Position numbers and translations under genes: made by a program
Notes under the pieces: model-generated
Databases searched by the model: none
Told to the model about the DNA's origin: nothing
What the model saw: the letters and a program-made list of their open reading frames with translations, nothing else
DNA from: an uncultured delta proteobacterium
GTDB taxonomy: Bacteria > Myxococcota > UBA727 > VGSZ01
DNA length: 64,000 bases
Assembly (NCBI GenBank): GCA_963775425.1
Contig: CAVZJB010000003.1
Span: 206,983-270,982 of the forward strand
Direction of reading: 5' to 3'
Shown here: one piece after another, positions 38,855 through 51,424 of the stretch
How positions within the stretch are numbered: position 1 is the stretch's first letter
Layout of the letters: every line of letters starts with the position of its first letter

Positions 38855-41005
38855 GTGATTCCCGAGGACGTGATCAACGAGATCAAGCGGCGGGCGGACC
38901 TCGCCGCCGTCGTCGGGCGCACCGTCAAGCTGAAGAAGAGCGGGCGCAACCTCGTCGGGTTGTGCCCGTTTCACCAGGAAAAGACCCCCTCGTTCAACGT
39001 CCGCCCCGACGAGGGCTTCTTCTACTGCTTCGGCTGCAAGGCCGCCGGCGACGTCGTCGAGTTCCTGGTGCGCACCACGGGCCGCGGCTTCCTCGACGTC
39101 ATCAGCGAGCTCGCGGAGCAGACCGGCGTCGAGATCCCCAAGGCCGACGTCGACCCCGCCGAGGAGGAGCGGCAGCGCGAGCGCAAGCGTCTGCTGCGCG
39201 TCCTCGAGCTGACGCAGGTGTTCTTCCGCACCCGCCTGGCCGCCGACGAGGGCAAGGCCGCGCGCGCCTACCTCAACGACGTCCGCAAGATCGACGAGGC
39301 CACCGTCGACCAGTTCGGCCTCGGCTTCGCCGGCGTGCGCGACGACGGCCTCGCCTCGTTCCTCAAGGAGCAGGGCGTCTCCGTCGAGGACGGCGTCGCC
39401 GCCGGCGTCATCGGCAACAGCGAGCGCGGCCCGTACGACTTCTTCCGCCACCGCATCACCATCCCCATCCGCAACGCGCGCGGGCAGGTGGTCTCCTTCC
39501 AGGGCCGCATCTTCGGCGAGCGCGACCAGATGCCCGACGGCCGGAAGCGGCCCAAGTACGTGAACGGCCACAACTCACCGGTCTACGACAAGTCCGCGGT
39601 GCTCTTCGGCCTGTTCGAGGCGCAGCAGGGGCTCCGCCAGAAGATGCCCGCGGTCCTCGTCGAGGGGCCGCTCGACGCCATCGCGGTCGCCCGCGCCGGC
39701 GTCCCCACCGCGGTCGCCCCCTGCGGCACCGGGCTCACGCCCCGGCACATCGACGAGGTGGCGGCCAAGACCGAGCGCGTGGTGGTGTGCACCGACGCCG
39801 ACAAGGCCGGCCGGGACGCCGCCACCCGCGCCGTCTTGATGTTCCTGCAGCGCGGCCTCGACGTCGGGCTGGTCGCGCTCCCCGACAAGGACCCCGACGC
39901 CATGGCCAAGGAGGGCCGCCTCGACGAGCTCCGCGGCATCGTCCTCGGGGCGCCCTCCGCGCTCGACGCCCTCATCGCGCGCGCGAGAGAGAAGGCGACC
40001 GGCAACATGGGCGCGCGCGTGCAGGCCCTCGACGAGCTGCTGCCGTTCCTCGCGGCGCCGGCGCGGGAGCTGGTGCGGGCGGAAGCCGCGCGGGCGGTGG
40101 CGCGCGCGTTCAACGAGGACCCCGCCGTCATCCGCCACGAGGTCGAGCAGCGCGGTCGCCGGCTGCTCTCGGACAGGCTGCGCGGCTCGTCGACGGGGGG
40201 CGCGCGGCGGCCGGCCCCCCGGTCGGCGTCGCCGGCGCGCGCGGGCGCAGAGGGCGGCTCGGGGGATCCCCGCGCGGGCGGCGCCGAGCCCCGGCCGGCG
40301 GCGCGCCGGGCGCCCCGGCCTTCGCGGCCGCTGTCGGAGCCGGAGATCATGCTCGTGGAGGCCTTGCTCACGCACCCGCACCTCGCGGCGCGGTGCGGCG
40401 TGCTGGTGCCCGCGCTGCGCAACGAGGAGCTCAAGGCGTTCATCGAGCGGCTCATCGAGCTCCTCGTGCGCTTCCACGACGAGGACGCGCGCGCCGTGCT
40501 GCTCGACGACAAGCGCGGCGTCCCCATCCGACCCAGCGGCCAGATCCGCGGCGTGGTCCTCAAGGTGCAGCAGGGCGGCGGCTTCGCGCGGCCCGACGAC
40601 TACCTCGCGGAGGGCGCCGCCGCGCGCATCGTCGAGGACGCCATCCTGACGCTCGACAAGCGCGTCCTCGAGGTCCGCCTGGGCGAATTGCAGCGCCTGC
40701 TCGCCGAGGCGGACGAGCGCGACGACGACGGCGAGCGCAAGCGGCTCCTCGAGGAGCAGGCGGCGCTCGTGGAGGCGCTCAAGGCCCTCGTGGAGCCGCC
40801 GCGGAGAGCCCCGCTCGCGGCGGCGGTGGCCCGCGCGCTGCCGGCGCCGCGCGCCGCCAACGTCGACGAGGAGGGGCCGGCGGGGCAGGGCGAGGCCCCC
40901 AGCGGGCCGCCCGACGAGGCGGGCGAGGGGGCGCCCGACGAGGGCGTCATCGAGGGCGAGGTGCCCTACGCAGGAGATCCCGACGACGACCCCTGGGCGG
41001 TCTGA
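38855..41005 (+). CDS. dnaG: DNA primase DnaG
   Basis: MIPEDVINEIKRRADLAAVVGRTVKLKKSGRNLVGLCPFHQEKTPSFNV is a zinc-binding CHC2 finger. TOPRIM region (VLVEGPLDAIAV...VVCTDADKAGRDAA). Followed by rpoD as in the conserved operon. Confidence 0.95.
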   Translation: MIPEDVINEIKRRADLAAVVGRTVKLKKSGRNLVGLCPFHQEKTPSFNVRPDEGFFYCFGCKAAGDVVEFLVRTTGRGFLDVISELAEQTGVEIPKADVDPAEEERQRERKRLLRVLELTQVFFRTRLAADEGKAARAYLNDVRKIDEATVDQFGLGFAGVRDDGLASFLKEQGVSVEDGVAAGVIGNSERGPYDFFRHRITIPIRNARGQVVSFQGRIFGERDQMPDGRKRPKYVNGHNSPVYDKSAVLFGLFEAQQGLRQKMPAVLVEGPLDAIAVARAGVPTAVAPCGTGLTPRHIDEVAAKTERVVVCTDADKAGRDAATRAVLMFLQRGLDVGLVALPDKDPDAMAKEGRLDELRGIVLGAPSALDALIARAREKATGNMGARVQALDELLPFLAAPARELVRAEAARAVARAFNEDPAVIRHEVEQRGRRLLSDRLRGSSTGGARRPAPRSASPARAGAEGGSGDPRAGGAEPRPAARRAPRPSRPLSEPEIMLVEALLTHPHLAARCGVLVPALRNEELKAFIERLIELLVRFHDEDARAVLLDDKRGVPIRPSGQIRGVVLKVQQGGGFARPDDYLAEGAAARIVEDAILTLDKRVLEVRLGELQRLLAEADERDDDGERKRLLEEQAALVEALKALVEPPRRAPLAAAVARALPAPRAANVDEEGPAGQGEAPSGPPDEAGEGAPDEGVIEGEVPYAGDPDDDPWAV

Positions 41006-41096
41006 GATGTTGTGATTTTGTCCGGGGTTGATACACCCTTCGGTCACCGCTCCCCTATTCGCGATCCCCGTCGAACACCTCCCCCACAGGTAGAGA

Positions 41097-43334
<2,238 letters not shown>

Positions 43335-43624
43335 TCCTGGGGCGCGCTGCGCGCGCCGGGGCCTCCGGCCCCCCCGCGCTTCGCGCGGGCCCCCCCGGGC
43401 TTGACCGTGCTTCCTTGCGGAGCCGCGCGCGGAGCTCGCGCTCGCGCGGCTTCGGGGCTCATTGCCGGATGACGCGGTCCCGAAGTCGCGGCGAACGCGG
43501 CCTCCGGAGCCGTCGCGTTCCGGCCTCACGCGCCCTCCACGACGGCTCCGACCGGCCGCCTTCGCCGCGTCCCCCAATTTTCGGGTCGCCCCGCGCCTGC
43601 GCCGCACGCCCGTGGCGCGCGCCG

Positions 43625-43900
43625 CGTCGGCGCGGGCTCTCCCCGGCGTAGGGCGCGGGCTTGCCCCGACGTAGGGCGCGGGCTTGCCCCGACGGAGGGC
43701 GCGCGCTTGCCCCGACGTAGGGCGCGGGCTTGCCCCGACGTAGGGCGCGGGCTTGCCCCGACGGAGGGCGCGGGCTTGCCCCGACGGAGGGCGCGGGCTT
43801 GCCCCGACGCAGGGCGCGGGCTTGCCCCGACGCAGGGCGCGGGCTTGCCCCGACGCAGGGCGCGGGCTTGCCCCGACGTAGGGCGCGGGCTTGTCCCGCG
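43625..43900. repeat. tandem array of ~12 x 23-bp REP-like units (GTAGGGCGCGGGCTTGCCCCGAC; variants GGAG/GCAG heads)
   Basis: Directly visible perfect 23-bp periodicity at 43648, 43671, 43694 ... 43878. Each unit carries the GGGC-TT-GCCC mini-palindrome. No spacers, so it is not CRISPR. Confidence 0.85.
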
Positions 43901-44031
43901 CCTCGGAGCCCCCGCGCGCGTCGGCGTCACCCGCCGTCGTACGGCGTGGGCTTGCCCCGCGCCGCCCTCGTGCCCTCGCGAGCTGCGGGCCGGTATCGTC
44001 GACAACGCTGGCGCGGCCTACAGTCCCGGCC

Positions 44032-44466
44032 ATGTTGACGAACCGCTCGGCCCCGCCCGTGACCGTCACCCCGGTCCTCGTCTATCCCGATGTCCGCGCG
44101 GCGGTGACGTTTCTCGCCACGGCCTTCGGCTTCGAGGAGCGCGTGCGCATAGGCGACGCACACCGCGCGCAGTTGCGGGTGGGCGAGGACGGCGCCGTCG
44201 TCGTCGCCGACGTCGGCCGCGATCGCGTCGCCCCGAGCGCCGGCGTGGTCACGCACGTCCTCAAGGTCCGGGTTCCCGACGTCGACGCCGCCTTCGCTCG
44301 CGCCCGCGACGCCGGCGCGCGCGTCGTCGAGGATCTCACCACGCACGCGTACGGCGAACGCTCCGGCATGCTCGAAGACCCCGCCGGCCACCGCTGGGAG
44401 CTCACGCAATCCGTGCGCGACGTCGCGCCCGAGGAGTGGGGCGGCGTCGCCGTCGGTCGGTGGTGA
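44032..44466 (+). CDS. VOC family protein (glyoxalase/bleomycin-resistance/PhnB-like)
   Basis: MLTNRSAPPVTVTPVLVYPDVRAAVTFLATAFGFEERVRIGD...VTHVLKVRVPDVDAAFARARDAGARVVEDLTTHAYGERSGMLEDPAGHRWEL is the typical PhnB/VOC pattern. Confidence 0.75.
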   Translation: MLTNRSAPPVTVTPVLVYPDVRAAVTFLATAFGFEERVRIGDAHRAQLRVGEDGAVVVADVGRDRVAPSAGVVTHVLKVRVPDVDAAFARARDAGARVVEDLTTHAYGERSGMLEDPAGHRWELTQSVRDVAPEEWGGVAVGRW

Positions 44467-44514
44467 ACGGCTCCGGGGTGGCCTCGCCGCGGATGCGGCG
44501 ATACACCGCGTCCG

Positions 44515-44587
44515 GGCCCGTAGCTCAGCGGTAGAGCAGTCGGCTCATAACCGATCGTGTCGCAGGTTCGAATCCTGCCGGGCCCAC
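44515..44587 (+). tRNA. tRNA-Met (anticodon CAT; elongator-type, could alternatively be tRNA-Ile2/lysidine)
   Basis: Cloverleaf: acceptor GGGCCCG/CGGGCCC, D-arm GCTC-AGCGGTA-GAGC, anticodon stem GTCGG/CCGAT with loop CTCATAA, T-arm GCAGG-TTCGAAT-CCTGC, discriminator A. No initiator features (G1:C72; no 3xGC in the anticodon stem). Confidence 0.85.
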
Positions 44588-44688
44588 AGTTCAAGCGCTC
44601 CTCCGCCGCGCGGCCGCTCCGGATAGGCCCAAGCACCGTCGGCGCGGGTGCGGATCGTCGTGCAGGGCGGTTCGAATCCTGCCGGGCG
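44566..44688 (+). repeat. attL-type direct repeat: 104-bp unit beginning with the tRNA-Met 3' end (GGTTCGAATCCTGCCGGGCCCACAG...), 1 full plus 1 partial copy
   Basis: GGTTCGAATCCTGCCGGGC occurs at 44566 (inside the tRNA) and again at 44670. The same 104-bp unit recurs 4.5x at 54184-54650. Confidence 0.8.
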
Positions 44689-44689
44689 C

Positions 44690-46223
44690 GCCAATCGTTG
44701 CCCTTCGTCATTTCCGCGAGGATGGCGAAGGGCTTTTTCATGTCGTAACGCACGGTTACGCCCTCGAGGCGTGGGTTCGAAAGCACCATTTCGAGCAGTT
44801 GGCGCTTCTCCGAGGGAGTGCGCTGGTTCCACAACGATCTCGCCTGCTTGGCCAGTTCGAAAATGCGATCCGCGGTGACGAGGTACTTGTCGTCGAGCTC
44901 CTCGCTCGCGGCGCTGAGCCGGTCGAGCGCCGCGTGCTTCTCGCTGAGCAGAATCTCACGCTGGCGCTGGTACGTGACGTCGTCGAGCTTCCCGTCGACA
45001 TACATCGCCACGATCTTGTCCTCGCGGGCTTGCACGTCGTCCACCGTCCGCTTGAGGACGGCGATCTCGCGGCGGCGCTCGGTGCGCACGACCTCGTGGG
45101 TCTCGCGGAGCACGCGCGAGATCTCGTCGGCGAGCGCGTGCGGCAGCTCGATGTTGGCGATCGCGACCTCGAATTGCGCGAGGAGCTGCGCCTCCGTCAC
45201 GTGGACGCGCTTGGCGTGAACCCGGTGGCCGTTCGCGCACCGGTAGTAGTCGTACCGCTTGCCGCCGGTCTTGATCTTCGGGTCGTAGGTGATGCGGCAA
45301 CCGCACTCGGCGCAGACCAGGAAGCCGGAGAGGGCGCCGGCCGCGCCGAGGGGCGAGCCGTACGCGCCGCGGGTGAAGGTCGCCTGGAGCCGCTCCCACT
45401 CGTTGGTGGTGAACACAGGTTCGTGCTTCCCGCGGTAGCGCTCGTCGCGCCACGTGAACCAGCCCGCGTAGAACTCGTGCTTGAGGATCGCCTCGACGTC
45501 GCCCGCGCGGAGTACGCGGTTCTTGCGGCCGAGCCCCGCCCAGAGCCCTTCGTTCACGATGGACTTGCCGACGCTCTCGAGCGATGCGCCGGCTACGCGC
45601 AGCTCGTACATGCGGCGGATGAGGGCGCGCCCCGCGGGCAACAGCTCGATGGTGCCGCCACGGTCTCGCACGACCCCATTCGCGCCGACGAGCTTGGCGT
45701 TGCGGTAGCCGATGGGCGGGCGCGTCGGGTACCAGCCGTCCTTCGCCTTCGCGTCCTGCGACTCCTTGGCGCGGCGCGAGAGCTGCCGCGAATAGGTCTT
45801 CGCGACGAGCGTATTCATCTCGGCCTTGAGCCAGTCGCCTTCGTCGCTGCCCGCGTGAAGCTGCCAGCGCTCATGCGCGACGTGCAACACGAGCTCGTCG
45901 CGGCGGATGAGATCTTCGAGCAGCTCGTAGTCGGTGAAGTTGCGGGTGGTGCGGTCCCAGACCCAAAAGACGAGGTGCCGCACCTTCTCCTTCTTCGCGC
46001 GCGCGAGCGCCGCGTGAAACATGACGCGGGCCTCGGACGACTTCGCGCTCTCCTCGAGCACGATGACGTCCACGAGGTTGAGGCCGTGCGCCTTCGCGTG
46101 CGCGGTGATCCCCTCGCGCTGCACGCCGGGGCTGTTGTTGTCGCCCTGCTTCTTCGAGGACACCCGCACGACGCCGATCGCGCGGTCCGACTTTCCGAGC
46201 CACCGAGCAGCATTCACCTTCAT
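44690..46223 (-). CDS. large serine recombinase (resolvase catalytic domain + recombinase domain + zinc ribbon). 3' boundary unresolved.
   Basis: MKVNAARWLGKSDRAIGVVRVSSKKQGDNNSPGVQ (catalytic Ser region). Central recombinase domain. CAECGCRITYDPKIKTGGKRYDYYRCANGH (Zn ribbon). The coiled-coil C-terminus ends about ...KPFAILAEMTKGND. The ORF has no stop until 44082 and runs through the att repeat, the tRNA and the VOC gene, so the true 3' end is likely near 44690 or was replaced on integration. Confidence 0.7.
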
Positions 46224-47048
46224 GGTCCACCTCGCGGAGAAAGATCAGATCATGACGGAGAGCGGACGTCACCGGTCGCGCTCACCGTGGCGTCCTCCTG
46301 CGCCCACCGATCGAGCAACTCGAAGACGTTGGCGATCGTTTGGATGTCGGCGCGGGTGAACCGGACGGCGGCCTCCGGGTTCGCGGGCGAGAACATGCGC
46401 AGGTTCCCGCTCGACGTCTCTTCCAGCAGCATGAGCACCTCCAGCAGACACGTCGGCGATCGAGGCGAGCGCGCTCGCCGCATCCTTTCGTGTCGCCGTC
46501 GCCGTCGCCCTGCACTTCGCGGGCGGCGGTGACGGCATATCACCGTGTTGCTTGAGCCTGAGCCCCCTCCGCGCGCCGTGCGGCACCTCGTTCACGAGAT
46601 CGATGGATCAGCCAGCGACCTCCCGCCGCCCGTCGCGCAGCGACACGCGAAGCGTGCGGCGAGCGCTGACGAGATCGCCGTTGCGAACCTCGACAGCGCG
46701 GCCGGCCCGTCGCGCCTCAGCGCGACACGCGGAGCGTGCCGGCAGACGAAACCCCTTGTTGGGGGTGAGTCTGGAGGTCGCTGGCGCCACGTCAGTACGT
46801 GTCAAATGCTTTGGATTCGGCGGGGTAGCTCACCGGAAACTGTCACATGTACCTCCCCATTGTCCTGACACCAATTGACACGCATTGACGGGGCGCCGGC
46901 GGCCGGCGCGCCGGGCGGCGTCAAGATGGGAGCGCCTCGATGCCAAGATGCCACGTTTGGGACGCTGGCGTCCCGGCGTGGACAGTTGTTCGTTCGACGC
47001 ACGCCTGTCGTCTTGCGCTGAGGCCACGCGCTCGACACGATCACTTCG

Positions 47049-48195
47049 ATGCAACCGGGCCTCCTCTTCGATAAGTCCGCCTTTCAGGCGCTCAACGAGG
47101 ATGAGCATCGGTCGGTGCAAACGCTCTTCAAGGTCGGCCTCCCGCCAGTGCTAGCGAGCGAGGTCATCGCCGACCTTGCGAAGTACCCGCACGACAAGAA
47201 CGGGGAGGCGAAGGTCGCGACCCTCGCGGCCAAGTTTGGAGGTTCCGGACCGCCGCTCGTAGTCGGCCACGTTACCGCCACGCTGCGCTCGCTACTGGGC
47301 GCTGAGCCACCGCGGCGCGGCGACCTTTGGTACGCAACCCCTCGTCGCGCGGTGAATGCTGACGGAGAGCCGGGCATCGTGGTCGACACCGCGCCGATCA
47401 ATCACGCCATCTTTCGGTGGCGCGATGGCGAGTTCATCGACGCGGAACGGGACTACGCGCGCCGGTGGCGCGAAATGCTCGGTGAGCTGCAGTCGGGAAC
47501 GTTTTCGCCGCGTGCTGAAGTCGCAACACGTCGTCTTCCCCAAAGCGAAGAACGCAGTGGACGCACTTCGCATCGCCGACGCTGAACTCGTCGATCCCGC
47601 TCTGCAGCCCGCATGGCTCGAGTGGCTCTTGGATTCGCTCGCGCCCACGCCCCAGGTTGCAGGCGCTGTGCGCCAGCGATGGGACGTTGCAGATTTACCC
47701 CTTGTCGCGTTCGCTCCGTTCGCCGCGTTCTGTGTCCGCACGATGCTGTTCTTCGAGATCCTCACGCGCGGAAAGCACATCGTCGATCGCGAGACGAACC
47801 TGATCGACCTTCGCTATCTCTACTACCTACCCATGTGCCGCGTATTCGTCTCAGACGACAAGATGCACCGCGCGATGGCGCCTCTGCTCGCCCCAGGCGA
47901 TCGCTTCATCCCGTTGTCCGTGTTCCGCGCCGACTTGAAGGCCCTCGTCGAGGTTGGTGGCGGAGAGCACTTCCTCTTTCTCGGAGACGCGCTCGACGCA
48001 CTCAAGAAGCACCACGCGACGACGCCGACGTCGGTCATCGGGAAGATTGAGACATCGTGGGGTTGGGATCCGAACCGCGAACTCACGTCCTCAATGCCGC
48101 GGGAAGAGGTCCAAGCAATCCTTGAGAGGAAGTTCCCGCAACTTTTCAGCAAGAACCGGCGAGACGAGGGAGACAGTGACGAGCAATCGAGGTGA
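47049..48195 (+). pseudogene. hypothetical island protein, apparent -1 frameshift near 47510 (ORF 47049-47585 continues in the frame of ORF 47356-48195)
   Basis: Protein-like sequence switches frame at ...WREMLGELQSG / ERFRRVLKSQHVVFPKAKNAV...; the tails of each frame beyond the junction are junk-like. No recognisable domain. Confidence 0.4.
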
Positions 48196-48395
48196 GGGAG
48201 CCTGGCGCCGAACGGCGATGTCGCGTCACCGGTCACGAGTCACCTGGCGATGCTCATAGATTGCTTGCAAGACCGGCCGGCTAGCCGCCCTCAAGTACCG
48301 CAACGTTCGCGAGTCGGAGCGCCGCGGCTCCGGGCGTCGCGACCTTTTCGTGTGTCGCAACTTGCTCGCCTGGACTAGAAAGGCAGCGCAAGCCG

Positions 48396-49478
48396 ATGCC
48401 TTCGATCTTCGCCCGGGCAACCGTCAAGCGCGTCACTCCCGGCGCGCTCATGAACGAGGAGGACGTCAAGGTCCACCTCGTTATGCCGCGGTTACAGGAA
48501 TGCGGCTTCACGCAGGAAGAGCTGCACCTCGAGGCGACGTTCACGCTCCGCGCCGGCCGCTACACCTTGAATGTCGGCGGCAAGGGCGCTCCCCGCGCGC
48601 ACCACGTGCGGGCCGACATCCTCGTCCTGCGGGCGGGCAAGCCGCTCATGATCGTGGAGGTAAAAGCCGACCACGTCGATCTGTCGGCGGACGACGATCG
48701 GGACCAAGCGGTGTCCTATGCACGGCTTCATGATCCGATGTGCCCGGTCGCAGCGTTGACAAACGGCAAGCGGTGGCGGTTTTTTGACACGGTCTCAAAG
48801 AAGGAGATTTCCGCCGATGATGTGAAGGCGTCGACAGCACTGACCATCACGCTCGAGGACGAGCTTCGGAGGGAAGCCCTCATACAATTTGTCGGTTACT
48901 CGAAGGAGAACCTCGCGGCTTTCTGCGCCGAGCAGGTTCGTACCGCTGTCGCACCGTATCTCGCCGGTCTCGATGGCACGCTGCCGCTGTTTATTCCGTC
49001 GCTCTACGTCCTGCCCGGAGCGATGCGTGACGCCTGGGCGAAGTTTGTCGAGGGGTCACAGCGGGGGTTGCTCGTCAGCGGAGGGAACGGGTCTGGGAAG
49101 TCGGCATGGATGGTTCATGCGTCGACGTCGCTGACCGGTCAGGGAAGACCTTGTCTCTTCTACCGCGCGCATCTCTTGAGCGACGGATTCATCGCCCGCC
49201 TCGCTTCTGACCTCGCCTGGGCCTTGAGTCCGAACCTCTCGAGCGATGCCGCCGGTCGCCGCTTCGCGAACACCCTGAGGGGCGCGCAGCTTGTTGTCTT
49301 CATCGACAGCGCTGACGAGGCGAGCGAGGAGCTCACGAGAGCTGCGCTGAACGAGCTCGTCGAGAGATTTCCGGCTAACGTGCGCTTCGTCGTTGCGTGC
49401 AAGTCGACGCGGGTCGCGCCGCTCGGTCGCGACCCCGATGGATTAGACGCGGCGTGGTTCCAAAGCCTGGGAGATTGA
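48396..49478 (+). CDS. HsdR_N-type PD-(D/E)xK nuclease domain fused to a P-loop NTPase (Walker A/B)
   Basis: N-terminus EEDVKVHLVMPRLQECGFTQEELHLE...RADILVLRAGKPLMIVEVKADHVDL matches the type I restriction enzyme R-protein N-terminal (Mrr-like) nuclease fold (D...EVK). C-terminal VSGGNGSGKS (Walker A) and LVVFIDSADE (Walker B). Confidence 0.65.
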   Translation: MPSIFARATVKRVTPGALMNEEDVKVHLVMPRLQECGFTQEELHLEATFTLRAGRYTLNVGGKGAPRAHHVRADILVLRAGKPLMIVEVKADHVDLSADDDRDQAVSYARLHDPMCPVAALTNGKRWRFFDTVSKKEISADDVKASTALTITLEDELRREALIQFVGYSKENLAAFCAEQVRTAVAPYLAGLDGTLPLFIPSLYVLPGAMRDAWAKFVEGSQRGLLVSGGNGSGKSAWMVHASTSLTGQGRPCLFYRAHLLSDGFIARLASDLAWALSPNLSSDAAGRRFANTLRGAQLVVFIDSADEASEELTRAALNELVERFPANVRFVVACKSTRVAPLGRDPDGLDAAWFQSLGD

Positions 49479-49484
49479 GAAGGC

Positions 49485-51424
49485 GTGGACCCGAGCCTCC
49501 TCGACGAGACGGAGTTTTGGACGCTCGTGCAGCGGCACCAACGTCACTTCGGGGTGTTTCCGCTGTTCAGCGGCCGGCTCCGAGCCGAAGCACGACGGCA
49601 GCCGAGCCTTCTGCGCCTCATCTTCGAGGTCTCCGCACAGAGCCGCAATGACTTGGCCGCTCACAACTCCCGTGAGTTCTTCAAACGATACGTCGACAAG
49701 CGCTTCGAAAGGTTCCAGCACAGCGCCGACGCGCTGCGACGTCTGACGGACCTCGCCATGAAGATGTTCGACGAGAACACGGAGATGGTCGACGCCCAAG
49801 ATGCTATGAAGACAGTGGATGAACCGACTCTCCGACGTGCGGCGGACGTCGGGCTGGTCGAGCAAGTCCACGGCCAAGACGGGCGCCCACAGGTGCGCTT
49901 CCGCGAGTCGCGAGTGCGGAACTACCTCGTCATCTCAGAGGGCCATCGCTGGCTCTCGAAGACGGCGGATGTGCTTGAGACCGATGAGGTCCTTCTTAAG
50001 ATCACGGGCGGCGTGCAGCTTGAAGCGATGGAGCTTCTGTACCTGCTTGCGGACGAGGCGCAGAAGGTCGTCTTCGACGGGGATGCACGCAAGAACGCGC
50101 GCAAGGCTCTCTCGATCTTCGATGGCGCTGTTCGCGCCGTCTGTCCCGATCTCGGTGATCGTTTTGTCCCACCCCTCGGAAAGCGCGCGTTCGTGGGCTA
50201 CATCGACGTGCGGCGTGGGGCGCTTTTCGCGGTCGGCTTCATTCCGCGGGAAGGCGACGACGTGTTCTTCTGGCCGCGGACCCGCGGAATCTTTGAGGAC
50301 CGAACCGCGATGTTTCTCGGCGCGCGCAAGTTCTCGTCAAGGGCAGATGGCTTCCTCGATGAGGCAAAGGCTGCACATTTCGCGTTCTGGGAGACGTTCA
50401 AGGCAGAGCTGCACGGAAGTGGTCGAAAACGGCCGGCTCGACGAGTCAAAGTGTGCGCCCATGCTCTCGGAGCTCGCGACGGTGCTTGCGGCCGCGCTCG
50501 AGCTCGTTGAGCCCGCGCAGCGCGGTTTCCCGACCGTCGCAAAGACCGATATTGGCGCTATTCGCGTCGCTCTCTGGCGGAAGCGCGCGTATGAGAACTA
50601 CTTGGCCGAACACATGCCGCGGGACGAGACCCGCAGCGGCAGCTCTGTCGTCGTCACACGCCATCTGACGCCTGATGTTCACAGCGCGGCTCTAGCGCAC
50701 GCTGAATCGCTACCACTTGACTTCAGCGAGCTGCCCCCCGCTGAGGATCGGACGACCGCGACAGCGATGGAGGACGAGCTGCAGAGCGACGCTCGCTCAC
50801 CTTGAAGCGCTCGGCGAAACGAGCATCGAGAGCATCTTGCCGGCGTCGGATCAGAACGGTGCTCACATCTGGGAGCTTTGGAAGGAGCCGACGTTCAAAG
50901 CGGCCGCGGTACGGTTGACGCAGCTGCGCATTGAGTGCGTGGAGAATATCGTTCATGCGAGCTTCTCTCCCGACATCGCCAAGCGCATCCTCGGTGCCAC
51001 GACGACGGCCCTTTGCAGGCAGGACTATCGTGAAGGAACAGTTGAAGAGCTGCGTGTAACAACAAGCGCTGCGCTTCCCCGCGTAGTGGCGTTCGACGAG
51101 CGCCAAGAGGTCAAGCTGGCTCCCGACGGACGGACCGGAACCTTCCGGGGCGTGGAGATTCGCGACGTCGAATATTCATCAGCGACCTTTGCATTCGTTG
51201 CGAACGCGCGGAGCGCGTTTCTTCCGCAATCCTGGCGCTTCAAGCGTGAGCTCTGCCCGCTTCGAGCAGCGGTGTACCGCTTCATCGTCGACCGCTTGCC
51301 GTCCGCGCTCGCGCCGATCGGCAAGTCGCTTGGCGCTCCACCAACAAAGCGCTTGCGACTGACGTTGACGGGGCGACCGATTCCGCAGGATGTTGATGAT
51401 GCCGATGACGACGAAGAAACGTAG
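49485..51424 (+). pseudogene. large hypothetical island ORF, probably one ~640-aa gene broken by two frameshifts (segments 49485-50510, ~50461-50805, 50717-51424). May be the continuation of the upstream NTPase.
   Basis: GTG 49485 lies 6 nt after the upstream TGA. Protein-like text passes from frame 3 to frame 1 near 50430 (…FWETFKAEL / TEVVENGRLDES…) and to frame 2 near 50790 (…MEDELQS / ATLAHLEALGETS…). No recognisable domains. Confidence 0.35.

Noticed and set aside
43340-43620. Terminator hairpin after rpoD (GGGGCCTCCGGCCCC)
   Set aside because: A GC hairpin exists but has no following T-tract. In this GC-rich context such palindromes are frequent, so it was not called.
43625-43900. Possible CRISPR array (regular short direct repeats)
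   Set aside because: Units are 23 bp, directly abutting with no unique spacers. Sequence variants are single-base drifts of the same unit. No cas genes nearby. It is a minisatellite or REP array, not CRISPR.
49476-49487. Programmed stop-codon read-through or selenocysteine at the TGA joining ORFs 48396-49478 and 49485-51424
   Set aside because: No SECIS-like hairpin was evident, and the downstream ORF is itself frameshifted twice. Simple adjacency or pseudogenisation is more parsimonious.
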